DNA of 64,000 nucleotides from a candidate division FCPU426 bacterium. GTDB lineage: Bacteria; Oederibacteriota; Muellerivitia; Muellerivitales; Muellerivitaceae. Below are positions 55,601 through 64,000 of the stretch, piece by piece (the stretch's first letter is position 1; each line of letters starts with the position of its first letter). The position numbers were made by a program, and so were the translations under genes. The stretch lies in contig CAWCKJ010000003.1 of assembly GCA_963796105.1 (NCBI GenBank), forward strand, positions 832,001 to 896,000, in the 5' to 3' direction. Below the pieces are notes generated by a model, which saw only the letters and a list, made by a program, of their open reading frames with translations, was not told where the DNA came from and made no database searches.

Positions 55601-58265
55601 GACCCCAGTTATTCGCCACTGGATCGTAAATATAAACGTCGTTGTAGTCGGTATAGCCGCCGAAATGGGCCCAAAGCCCGTCGGTCAACCATAATTTGTT
55701 GTTGTAGGCGAAAAAGTTGTAATCCCAGCGCCTAGTGATGCCCGTGTCCCCCACCTGGGTCCAATTCAACCCCGTCGTATCGGACTCCCACAGCACCAAG
55801 TCCGTCCCGTTGTCCTGCAAGCCCCACATGTGCGTCACACCGGACGAGTCCGGCATCGTGGCCACTCCCCCGAACATCGCGGGCAGAGAAATCACCGAAC
55901 TCCATGCGCTTCCATCTGTCTTCGTCGAGTAACACTCATCGGGCCCGCTGAACACCCACATAGCGTTGTTAAAGACCGTTCCCACGCAGTCCCCTGTAAA
56001 CCCGATATTGGCAGTTGGATTGTTCCATGTTCTTCCATCAGGTGAACTCCAAACATCACTGAAAAACGTATTGTAATTGTCCCCGCCAATCACCCACATC
56101 TGCCCGTTATAGTTCAGGCACGCGTACAACTCCCTCGGGGAATACTTGTTAAAAGGATAATTCATCGGTATCAGGCTCCAATTCACACCGTCTCCCGAAC
56201 TCCAAACGTCATTGTTGAATTGATACTGCCCCAGCGAGCCTCCCAAGACCCACATCTGGCCCCCGAACGACACAGCCCCGAAATTTGCCTGCGGCTCGAA
56301 TACCTCGTTCGTCGCCAATTGGTTCCAGGATTTCCCATTCGCTACACAGGAGGACTGGGTCGGTTGAGAGGCTATGGCTCCAACCAAATCGTTGATCAGG
56401 TTTCCCGCAGGACTTCCCCAACCGGTGCAAAGGTCATATCCTTTTACTGCGGAGAAATAATACGTGTAATCATTTTGGAGGTTATTGTTTCCGGTGATGA
56501 CGTCATTGAAATCGCTATTGTAATTGGGGCCCTGTCCGATGGAGTAAACGGCAGGATTAATGAAACCAATCGGGGGGAAGTTCTCATTCGCTGCCTGCTG
56601 GTTCACTAGAGATGTATAAGCCGCCCAAAGGGGCGCCGCGGCGCTGGTGCCTGATATCCAACTGGAATTACCAGTACCCGTAGGAGGATTTCCAAATCCA
56701 TCCGAGATAAGCAATATATCTGTTGCAACCATCGACACATCCGGATAGTTCCTAGCGGCGACTGACCCGCCGTTAGTGGCCATGGATATGAGTGACTGAT
56801 AAGAGGGTATTGGTAGCAGATTTACACCTGTATAAGGATTGAAAGCGATTCCGCCCCCCGAGGCTCCGCCATTCGAGTCATTCCAAGTAGTCTCTGACAC
56901 ATAGCTGATATAGGGGGGATTGCTTCCCGGGCCATTAGACGTTAATTGCGTCCCGCCGACCGCGGTAATATAGGGGCTTAAAGACAATGGAAGTGGCGGT
57001 AACACGTTGGCATTGTTGAGTCCAAAGGCCCCGTAGTCGGTTGATGCTTGAAAGAAGGATTGGCCCTGCAAAACCATTTCGGAAAATAAATTCGCGGTTG
57101 TCTCATCGCCAAATCCAGTCCAGGAACTGCTAATCTCATTGCAAAGGGGGGGCGTTACAATAGCCTCATAGATTTCATTCGCTGTGACATCCGGATTTGA
57201 AGTGTCAGAACCCAGGTAGACAACCAATTGGGCGCCCGGAGCCATGGAAACCACCATCTCGATATCCAATGAAACTTCCGTATTTGAACAATTATCAGGG
57301 CAACCGCTGGTATTAACAGTACCGTCATAGCCGCCAACTAAAATGGAAATTGGCGCGGGCGCCGAGAACTGCGGTTTGGCGTGACTTTCATAATAATTGA
57401 TGTCATTAAGGTAATACCCGCCGACCTCAAATAAACCGACACTTTGACCCGCACCAGTCAAGTTCGACCACGCGCTTGGGACATAGGCATCTCGAAAATC
57501 CTGGCCGTAATACAAACCTGTTGACCCATCCGTGGCGCCGGTTCCAGTCCCAGTGGATTTAGTCAACTTGCTAGCGGTATTCCCCGTTAAATTATTTTTG
57601 TTTTCCGAAGTTGCTGGATTTTTCAAATGATAATTATGGCTCATGCGATGGAAGTTATCCAATCCACTGATGTGGTGGACTGGAATATCCAGGTCCAAAG
57701 AGGGCTCTTGATCCAACGCATAAAAGAAGCTTCCGTCCTCACGCTTGTAATTATTCAAATTCACATGGAACGCCCTTTGGATGTCTGACACACTCCCGGC
57801 CACTTCTACCATCAAACGGTTAGGATGGGTCTTGGTCACGGACAGGTTGTTGGATTTAACGAAATTGACGACGGCCTGGTAATCCTGCTGGGTGGGGCCG
57901 AACATCTCGGTGAACTTCTCCGGCTTCAGGAAATGGCGGTAATTGGGACTTTTAGGGTCATAAAGAGTTTTAAGCAAGTAATTCATCGCTTCCTGGTTTC
58001 GAAGGGGAAGGCCGATGGCTAAATGCAATTGGGTCTCGCCCGGCAAGGCACCCGCCAAAGGCGCGTTCGCGAATTCAGCGAGGCGGTGGTTTTTCAATTG
58101 TTGGTGCCCGGCTGTCCGACCCGGAGTTTGGGCCCCGAGAAGAAAGCACAAGGCGAGGGCCAAGAGAATAAGATTTTTCCCAGGAGAGAAAAACCGCTGG
58201 GAGGATTTCAACCTATTGGAATTTTTCCACGGAGCAAAATGACGGGAACCTGAAGGGACTTGCAT
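52653..58265 (-). CDS. Large secreted S53 (sedolisin/kumamolisin) peptidase with duplicated Kelch-like propeller, NHL propeller, Thr/Pro stalk and FlgD-Ig-like C-terminal domain
   Basis: Pro-kumamolisin domain, [28 protein letters not shown]-terminal [26 protein letters not shown]. Confidence 0.9.
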   Translation of the reverse strand: MQVPSGSRHFAPWKNSNRLKSSQRFFSPGKNLILLALALCFLLGAQTPGRTAGHQQLKNHRLAEFANAPLAGALPGETQLHLAIGLPLRNQEAMNYLLKTLYDPKSPNYRHFLKPEKFTEMFGPTQQDYQAVVNFVKSNNLSVTKTHPNRLMVEVAGSVSDIQRAFHVNLNNYKREDGSFFYALDQEPSLDLDIPVHHISGLDNFHRMSHNYHLKNPATSENKNNLTGNTASKLTKSTGTGTGATDGSTGLYYGQDFRDAYVPSAWSNLTGAGQSVGLFEVGGYYLNDINYYESHAKPQFSAPAPISILVGGYDGTVNTSGCPDNCSNTEVSLDIEMVVSMAPGAQLVVYLGSDTSNPDVTANEIYEAIVTPPLCNEISSSWTGFGDETTANLFSEMVLQGQSFFQASTDYGAFGLNNANVLPPLPLSLSPYITAVGGTQLTSNGPGSNPPYISYVSETTWNDSNGGASGGGIAFNPYTGVNLLPIPSYQSLISMATNGGSVAARNYPDVSMVATDILLISDGFGNPPTGTGNSSWISGTSAAAPLWAAYTSLVNQQAANENFPPIGFINPAVYSIGQGPNYNSDFNDVITGNNNLQNDYTYYFSAVKGYDLCTGWGSPAGNLINDLVGAIASQPTQSSCVANGKSWNQLATNEVFEPQANFGAVSFGGQMWVLGGSLGQYQFNNDVWSSGDGVNWSLIPMNYPFNKYSPRELYACLNYNGQMWVIGGDNYNTFFSDVWSSPDGRTWNNPTANIGFTGDCVGTVFNNAMWVFSGPDECYSTKTDGSAWSSVISLPAMFGGVATMPDSSGVTHMWGLQDNGTDLVLWESDTTGLNWTQVGDTGITRRWDYNFFAYNNKLWLTDGLWAHFGGYTDYNDVYIYDPVANNWGHQSGNFPAGLSYGAVVYNGMPWLLGGTASDGYPGYPDWNSVWVGSCQPTPTPTPTPAVSGPANGSSWNHLATNEVFEPQANFGAVSFGGQMWVLGGSLGQYQFNNDVWSSGDGVNWSLIPMNYPFNKYSPRELYACLNYNGQMWVIGGDNYNTFFSDVWSSPDGRTWNNPTANIGFTGDCVGTVFNNAMWVFSGPDECYSTKTDGSAWSSVISLPAMFGGVATMPDSSGVTHMWGLQDNGTDLVLWESDTTGLNWTQVGDTGITRRWDYNFFAYNNKLWLTDGLWAHFGGYTDYNDVYIYDPVANNWGHQSGNFPAGLSYGAVVYNGMPWLLGGTASDGYPGYPDWNSVWVGLASPSMALTPTPTPKPVNLASCQTGWAFGYNGFEGVATDPAGNNFFAADDLNLDVYGGVYSGGGYYTGSFGYGALGYPMGIALDAGSNVYVTDQGNCQVFEFSNASSYSTYKTYGNGIGTGPGYFNGPSGIAVTISGSVTNVFVADTNNQRVQLDQANGTDNWSLVVANGQTPFSLPVGVALDQNSNVYVADFGTGLVQVFSPSGSGYTLLNSWNVTQGTPLVTANFIAVNNCEVFVTDGFGSVGVFDLSGNFLTAFEGGQYYGSFGNTQGIAVGGNQFFVSDSGSDILSQFGNCSFACGAPTPTPTATPTWTSTLTQSPTQTATNTPTPTKTATNTPTPTNTPTTTNTPTPTKTPTNTFTATPTHTITNTPTITPTRTNTFTPTVTRTPTWTPTKTNSPTITPTRTNTYTPTKTNTPTITRTPTWTPTKTNSPTITPTRTNTSTPTKTNTPTVTRTPTWTPTKTNSPTITPTRTPTRTSTPTATRTPTKTSTPTATPSTTSGSSAMPASGVLSNDVKGPKSTPTSTLTPAPGVLISSVIPAPSLSKAGTPVKFLYNLKKTAGLTLSVYSLTGELVRQWVFQGEPGKHTQVWDLNNQSGEGVASGLYIYAFQAYDESVKETKVGKVVVAH
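54547..56318. repeat. Intragenic 848-bp duplication (54547-55394 = 55471-56318)
   Basis: No differences seen; offset 924 bp; alternative-frame ORFs are also identical. Confidence 0.95.
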
Positions 58266-58661
58266 GACTGCCTCCTCAATATCGTTGACTTCAACCGGTG
58301 TTGCCAAGATGAATCAGCGCCAAAGACATTTTTTTAAAAAAATATCAGGTGAGGACAAGCGGGCGTAATTATATTCACGCGTTTGTAAAATGCAAATCAA
58401 ATGAGGTTAATTCTGTTGAAATTCCAGATTAATGTTTTCCTAAACCTGGAAAATCTCAGACAAGTGACAAGTCGTAGCTATTGAAAAAATATTTACTGAA
58501 AATCGATTTCGGTTTTTTTAACGTGTAAACCAACGGCTCGTGGTTGAGCCGATCAGGGCGAAAATATTTGTAACGATTTTAGAGAAGGAAATTTTTGTGC
58601 ACTTTTAGCGTTTGAAGGTTTTTCGTGAAACCTTTTAATGGATACGAGAGGAAAAGTTTTT

Positions 58662-59204
58662 TTACTTAGCGGATGGAGTGACGGCGATGGGGTTGGTCCT
58701 GACACTTGGATCGGCTGGATCTCGCGGGGCATCCAGGACTCCCTGCACCTGGTCCCCCGGCTTGGCGCCGTTGGAGGTGAACCAGCCGGTATTCATTTCC
58801 AGGGCGTACTTGGCGGGGCCCGCCGACTCAAAGGGGTTCTCGGTCATCGGCGGCATTTCCCATAGGTTGAGAATGATCCCCTTTTCGTCAATGAAGGCGA
58901 TGTTCAGGGGAATGAGGGTGTTCTTCATCCAGAAGGCGCGGGGAGCTGTGTCGGGAAACACGAACAGCATGCCGTCGTCCTTCCCCATTTCCCTTCGGAA
59001 CATCAGGCCCGTTTCCCTGGTCACCTCGGTGTTGGCCACCTCAGCCGAGATGGTTTTCCCGTTGATGGACAGATTCACCACCGGCAAACCGGAGGGGGGA
59101 ACGGCCTTATGGCAGTTAAACCCGCTTAATAATAGGAATAATGCCGGAATGGCTACCGCCATTGGCACCCGGAAGAATCTGGTTTGTCGAGTCGGATTCG
59201 GCAT
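58662..59204 (-). CDS. DUF192/UPF0127-family protein
   Basis: AEVA...RETGLMFR...GMLFVF...FWMKNTLIPLNIAFID...YALEM. Confidence 0.92.
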   Translation of the reverse strand: MPNPTRQTRFFRVPMAVAIPALFLLLSGFNCHKAVPPSGLPVVNLSINGKTISAEVANTEVTRETGLMFRREMGKDDGMLFVFPDTAPRAFWMKNTLIPLNIAFIDEKGIILNLWEMPPMTENPFESAGPAKYALEMNTGWFTSNGAKPGDQVQGVLDAPRDPADPSVRTNPIAVTPSAK

Positions 59205-59292
59205 AATTTATGAACCTTAAGACTGAAATTCGCGGCTCTCTTTTAGCATACAGCCTTATTCAATAACGGATTTCTATCCAAGCAATTAATAT

Positions 59293-59976
59293 TTATTGGA
59301 CAGCCCTGTTGAGGAAGCTCATGATCCTCTTCGCGTCGCCAAAACCCACGATCATTTTAAAATCACTTCTCCCCGGGTACTGAACCACCAGCGTTGGGAA
59401 TCCCTTTACTTTATATTTATTTTGAATATCAATAACTTCCCTTGAGTTTTGTCCCACCTCCCGATACCGGTCCATGACCTGGACCGGCACAAAAAGCAAA
59501 TTGATTCTCGCGGCGCAATCAGGATTATCGAAAACATTCTTTTTTAATCTCCGGCAGTAACCGCACCATTCCGCCGTCATGTCGTAAAGAATCGGTTTTT
59601 GGGTCCTGATGGACTCGGCCAGGCCCTCGGAAGGCTTTCTCCAGGTAATTTCCCTGGGCGATTCGTCAATTTTAGTTTGGAGTTCCTTGACGAATTGTTT
59701 CACTTGGGTGTCCTGGGGCTGCAGGGCTTGGACTTTCTGGTAATCGGACAAGGCGTAATGGTACTTTTTCATGGAATTAAAACAATTCGCCCTGCCTAAA
59801 AGTGCCTGAGCGTTGCTTGGTTCCATTTTAATAGCCGCGTCAAAATATTGGATGGCTTGCTGGTAATTATTGGAGGCATAAAGCCTTAACCCAGCGTCGC
59901 AATACTCCTTAGCGGTGGCGGCATAAACCCTAGAACCAGCCAAGAGCATCAATATGAAAAGAAAATGTTTTTTCAT
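59293..59976 (-). CDS. Exported TPR plus thioredoxin-fold protein
   Basis: Signal peptide, two TPRs, AEWCGYC, GFPTL. Confidence 0.88.
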   Translation of the reverse strand: MKKHFLFILMLLAGSRVYAATAKEYCDAGLRLYASNNYQQAIQYFDAAIKMEPSNAQALLGRANCFNSMKKYHYALSDYQKVQALQPQDTQVKQFVKELQTKIDESPREITWRKPSEGLAESIRTQKPILYDMTAEWCGYCRRLKKNVFDNPDCAARINLLFVPVQVMDRYREVGQNSREVIDIQNKYKVKGFPTLVVQYPGRSDFKMIVGFGDAKRIMSFLNRAVQ

Positions 59977-60127
59977 TAGTCCAGCTCCTTTACATAGGAC
60001 AGATGAACTCAACCCATCATTTATTCGCTAAATCCCCATATTCAATACGGTTAAGCCTCGCTAATGGCGGATCGCGGTTAGTCATCATTTATAAGTGACC
60101 AACCGCGAACCTTTTTCCTATCAGATT

Positions 60128-62086
60128 TTATTCCTCAACCGAAAAAGCCATGTAGGTATGGGGCTGAACATGGACCAGGAAATTGCTCCTGGGAGGGCCC
60201 TGGGGACGGTCATGGAACCATTTGTTCCCGCCTTTGGGCTCGGGAGGAGGCGCCTGGGCCTCAACCATCTGGTTCGTCAGGAGATTCCTGAGCTTGACCT
60301 TTTCCCCCGCGACCTGGAGGGTGACCGTTGATTCATCGGGCCGGAAAGACTCCACCACGAAACTGTTGTTGTCATAGGCGAACAGGGCCACTTGCGCGGG
60401 CGAGTCCATGCGCACCGGAAAGTCCTGCTGGAGGTATCCCTTGATGGCGGTCAGGACGCCCCTGGGTATGTTGTACAAGTCGGAGATGTTTTCCGGGATC
60501 GTGATCTCGTAAAGGATACCCTTGGAATAGTGGTTCATGAGCACGATAGGATAGCCCTTGGCCGTGGCGACGCCCCGGATTATGGGCCACATGTCGTTGG
60601 TGAAAAAACGGATCTCCGGGAAAAGAATGGCGGGGTTGTCACGCGCCGGGTCGTTGAGGCTGGTCCCGCTCCCCGCCCCGAAGCCGTTGATGAAATCATG
60701 GATGGACACGGTCCTTCCGGTGTATTCCATCTCGGCGATATCCTCGATGCCCTTTAGCGCCCGGACCAGGCCCGATGTGACGAAAACATTCTTCCCCGCC
60801 TTCAGGCTTTTCTTGATCTTTCCTACGATGCCGGGATCGAACTTGGCGCTTTCCGTGAGAAGGACCACGTCCGCGTCCTCCGGGTACTTGGGCGTCAGCT
60901 CAATGGGGATGCCGGCGTTCCCGAGGTAGCTGTGCAGGAAGTCCTCGCCCGTGGACTGGTACGGCTTGTAACACATGACGCCGATGGGTTTGCCGAGTTT
61001 TCCCAAAACCTCATCCACCTTTTCCAACGAATAGCCCGCGACCCGGCCCCAGCCCGGGCCCACGGTCACGCCCTTCGAGGGCTTGTAGGACTTGATCATC
61101 TCGTCCCAATTGAAGCTCGTGTCCTTGCCCTTCCAGGCGTCCCGGTCCCCCGGCTGGACGGTCCAGGTGCCGGCCATTTCCCACCAGTTGAACAGGGTGA
61201 TTTCCGGCGACTTGGCGAAGAGAGTGTCCCACAACTGCTCGGGGTACCTATCCACGTACCTGGTGCTGTAGGTGTCCACCCAGCCCCCCAAGTTCCCTCC
61301 GCCGGGGCGGATATTGCTGAAGTAGCGGAAAATCTCGTAGCTCTCGTACTGCTGGAGAAGCTGGTCCGTGACGTAGGGGTCCCGCGTCTCGGTGCCGGTG
61401 TAGATGTAATCGAAATCATGGGCTTCCTGGTCCAGGTCGTAGCCGAGTCCCTGGAAATGCTCGTACCAATTGGGGTACTTGATGATCATCTTGATCCTCG
61501 GGTTGATGGCCCTGGCGGGCTTGAGGACGAGATCACGGGCGGCTTTGCGCATCGTGTCGAGGCGGTACTTCGTCCAAGAGCGCTTGCCCTTGGCCGCGAT
61601 ATCCCGGTCGGACTTGCTGGTGTAAAAGAAGAAATCATCGAGGATGACCGTGTCGAAATGCCTGGCGGCGATCTGGACGGCCTTCTTGCACTCCGCCCGG
61701 TCCTCGGGCTTCTCAAAGTCGAAGGTCCCAAACTGCCCGCCCTTCCCGCCCCCGGCGGAAAGCGTGAGCCCGCCCCGGACGGTGATGCCCCGGTCCGTGA
61801 AGAATTTCTTGATCCCCTCGATCGTGGATTCGTCGGCGAAATTCTTGTCCCGGTACACTTCCAGGTAAACCTGGTCGAACTTGACCCGGCTCATGACCCG
61901 GTCGAACTCTTCCCGCAAGACCTTCCCGTCGGCGAACCTTTGGGTGGCGTTGACCACGATGTAAACCGCCACTCGGAAATTCTTGTAGCGGCCCTCCTGG
62001 GCGCTTTCCCCGGCCTGCGACGCCAAGGGAAGCAGGAGGATAAGCCAGAGTGCCATTCGAATCACCCGCAGGATCAAGCGCTTCAT
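60128..62086 (-). CDS. Exported hypothetical protein, possibly glycoside-hydrolase-like
   Basis: Signal peptide; ILDDFFF, IIKYPNWYE, YTGTETR; strong GC3 codon bias. Confidence 0.7.
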   Translation of the reverse strand: MKRLILRVIRMALWLILLLPLASQAGESAQEGRYKNFRVAVYIVVNATQRFADGKVLREEFDRVMSRVKFDQVYLEVYRDKNFADESTIEGIKKFFTDRGITVRGGLTLSAGGGKGGQFGTFDFEKPEDRAECKKAVQIAARHFDTVILDDFFFYTSKSDRDIAAKGKRSWTKYRLDTMRKAARDLVLKPARAINPRIKMIIKYPNWYEHFQGLGYDLDQEAHDFDYIYTGTETRDPYVTDQLLQQYESYEIFRYFSNIRPGGGNLGGWVDTYSTRYVDRYPEQLWDTLFAKSPEITLFNWWEMAGTWTVQPGDRDAWKGKDTSFNWDEMIKSYKPSKGVTVGPGWGRVAGYSLEKVDEVLGKLGKPIGVMCYKPYQSTGEDFLHSYLGNAGIPIELTPKYPEDADVVLLTESAKFDPGIVGKIKKSLKAGKNVFVTSGLVRALKGIEDIAEMEYTGRTVSIHDFINGFGAGSGTSLNDPARDNPAILFPEIRFFTNDMWPIIRGVATAKGYPIVLMNHYSKGILYEITIPENISDLYNIPRGVLTAIKGYLQQDFPVRMDSPAQVALFAYDNNSFVVESFRPDESTVTLQVAGEKVKLRNLLTNQMVEAQAPPPEPKGGNKWFHDRPQGPPRSNFLVHVQPHTYMAFSVEE

Positions 62087-62148
62087 AAAAACCCCCAAAA
62101 CCAAGATTTCCCCTTTTCCATCACGCACCGCCGGCAATAGCCTACTAT

Positions 62149-62466
62149 TTATTTTTGTTCCAAACGCCCAAAAGCTTTCGCCGATAGAACCCCGATAAAT
62201 AATAACCCGAACCCTGCCGTTCCCGCTTGGGCAAATTGCCGAATATCGAAATCGCCAACTTTGAAAATCAACAAGTAGGAAAAAACGAGGTTCAACATGC
62301 CCCAGAGAACATTGACCAAGGGTGAGGACAATCCTTTTCCGGGCGGTTTGGAGAAAGGCGTCGGGAATTTCCTGCCGGAAATCCCATTAACGAAATGGGG
62401 GACGCAATTCCCCAGAAATGCCCCGCCAAAAAAATAAGCAACATAAACGTACCAAACCATACACAC
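62149..62466 (-). CDS. Small membrane protein
   Basis: AGGAGG RBS; N..PHFV.G.SG..FPTPF..PPGKGLSS..NVLWG, three TM segments. Confidence 0.75.
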   Translation of the reverse strand: MCMVWYVYVAYFFGGAFLGNCVPHFVNGISGRKFPTPFSKPPGKGLSSPLVNVLWGMLNLVFSYLLIFKVGDFDIRQFAQAGTAGFGLLFIGVLSAKAFGRLEQK

Positions 62467-62523
62467 CTCCTAAATGTTATTGATTAATAATGTCTCCGTC
62501 TCGGACAACTTTCTAAACTTCTC

Positions 62524-62673
62524 TTAAACCCGATCCCGCCGTCGCCGATCCCCGGCTTTTTCCTTGCCAGCCATCATGCGGGCTCCCCCGCACCGGGGGC
62601 ATATGAACTTTCTCTGTTTATGGGCGGAATGGGCCATTTCCCTCATCTTGATCTTGCACTTTCTGCAGAACAT
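62524..62673 (-). CDS. 49-aa zinc-ribbon-like microprotein (not in ORF track)
   Basis: MFCRKCKIKM...FICPRCGG...; two CxxC pairs; GGGGTGA RBS. Confidence 0.65.
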   Translation of the reverse strand: MFCRKCKIKMREMAHSAHKQRKFICPRCGGARMMAGKEKAGDRRRRDRV

Positions 62674-62859
62674 GCTCTCACCCCGTCAAAAGTTCCTATA
62701 ATTTCTTTTAAAAATATTAAATCTCCGTGTCCTTGGGATAAGGCCCGAGTTTGATTTCGGGAAATGAAATCAAAAGGTTTCTTTCAGGTAATGCGGATGT
62801 CAAACTAACTTATAACCCAAGGGTTAAAATTTTCCATCCAGCCAAAAGAACGAAAGTCT

Positions 62860-63999
62860 TTATTTAACACCCAGGCTTTTCTTGGCGTTCACAAACTCAT
62901 CCTTGGACCAGACTTCCTGAACCCAATGGTTCCCGATTTTCCCCAGGGCTTTTCTGGCGTCTTTGGTTTTATTGTTTTGAACGTCCAAATAGGCCAATCG
63001 GTTCCAAATGTCCCAGTTATGCGGGTCCAGCTTTAAAAGCATTTGGTAAGCGCCCAGCCTTTCCTTGACTACCTTGGGATCTTTCATAAAACCCTTGGAA
63101 TCGGCGTCACTGCCAAGCCTGTTTTGTTCCGCCTCGGACAGCGCCAAGACCACATAGGGATAAAGGGCCCCCAATTCCTTTTCTTTTTTCGAGATCTTTT
63201 TGGCCAGGTCCAGGACCGGCTTGGTCTTTTCCGCCAATACCGCCCAGGCGATATAAGACCGCCATTCGTTGAAGTCACCCGGCGTGATTTTAAGGTTATT
63301 CTCACAGCCCTTGGCGAAATCATCCCAGTATGGAGACCCTGCCAACTGGTTGCCGTTCTTTTCCCCAATCGGGTTTATTCCTTCCGCCGACAAGTCCCGG
63401 CTAAAGGACTGGAACGCCTCCACACAGGGAACGGTCATCAGGTTGGGGATTCTTTTCTTGAACTTTTTGGCGAAAGCGAACATTTCCTGCTGGGAACCGT
63501 TCCACTTCGGATTCAGGTAATCCATATAGGAATAGAAAGCCTCATTATCGTTGGGATCCAGCCGGAGAACCTTCTCGAAATAACCCCTCATGGTTTCCTG
63601 GTTGATTCCCGCCGCGTTTCCATAGGCCATCAATTCTCCCCAGGCCCTGCCGTAAAGAGGAGCCAGGTCCGCGGCTTTCTGGGCGGCTTTCAGGCCCTCC
63701 TCGACGCGTTCCCTGAACACCTTGGAGACTTCGGGGGACATGCTCTTTGACCAATCCCCTCCCCTACCCCTCCAGGCCCAGTAATGCGTATGCTTGGCCA
63801 GCCTGATCCAGGCGTTGGGATTGTCCGGGTGAGACTGGGTCCAGTTTTTCAACAGCGCGACGGCCTCCTCGTAAAAACCCTTTCCCTCCAATGCGAAAGC
63901 GGCGATATCGTACCAATCGGGATTGTTATTGTCCTTGGTCAACTCCCGAAAGGCGATTTTGAGGGCCTCATCGTATTTTTTCAGGGCGTAAAGCTCGAC
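62860..63999 (-). CDS. DUF4034-like / TPR protein (5' end outside window)
   Basis: W...HP....AW..LA....WAWRGRG, YLNPKWNGS; frame is open to the window edge. Confidence 0.7.
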   Translation of the reverse strand, partial: VELYALKKYDEALKIAFRELTKDNNNPDWYDIAAFALEGKGFYEEAVALLKNWTQSHPDNPNAWIRLAKHTHYWAWRGRGGDWSKSMSPEVSKVFRERVEEGLKAAQKAADLAPLYGRAWGELMAYGNAAGINQETMRGYFEKVLRLDPNDNEAFYSYMDYLNPKWNGSQQEMFAFAKKFKKRIPNLMTVPCVEAFQSFSRDLSAEGINPIGEKNGNQLAGSPYWDDFAKGCENNLKITPGDFNEWRSYIAWAVLAEKTKPVLDLAKKISKKEKELGALYPYVVLALSEAEQNRLGSDADSKGFMKDPKVVKERLGAYQMLLKLDPHNWDIWNRLAYLDVQNNKTKDARKALGKIGNHWVQEVWSKDEFVNAKKSLGVK

Positions 64000-64000
64000 T

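Noticed and set aside
60932..62140. 402-aa plus-strand ORF
   Set aside because: Antisense shadow of the GC3-rich gene 60128-62086; the same applies to 11795-12775, 19519-20370, 30613-31344 and 63043-63750.

Overview
Chromosomal window from a diderm bacterium (it encodes a TonB-dependent receptor, a secretin and many lipoproteins). It opens with the end of an RluA pseudouridine synthase and tRNA-Leu(CAA). Next come a cytochrome c / tetraheme cytochrome / 4Fe-4S / NrfD electron-transfer operon, an orphan 727-aa protein, a TonB receptor plus YfiR pair, an EmrAB-type pump, a DUF2723 (TMEM260-like) glycosyltransferase, a solo type IV-like pilin, and NHL, Sel1 and FGE-domain proteins. The stretch from about 21 to 58 kb is dominated by a plastic family of exported proteins. 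Each has a signal peptide (a lipobox in seven of eight), usually a long Thr/Pro-rich stalk, and a different C-terminal head: NHL, Kelch-like, 7-repeat propeller, LRR or Gly-rich, plus a sedolisin-propeller fusion. These genes are interleaved with conserved intergenic hairpins and motifs, small basic exported ORFs, orphaned gene tails, a recent 917-bp PilZ duplication, a RelBE-type toxin-antitoxin pair and three of the window's four near-identical IS1595-family elements (two as a tandem dimer; the other copy is at 3.7 kb). A partial Tad/Flp pilus operon lies divergent from an adenylate cyclase. All calls come from reading motifs by eye; no database searches were run.
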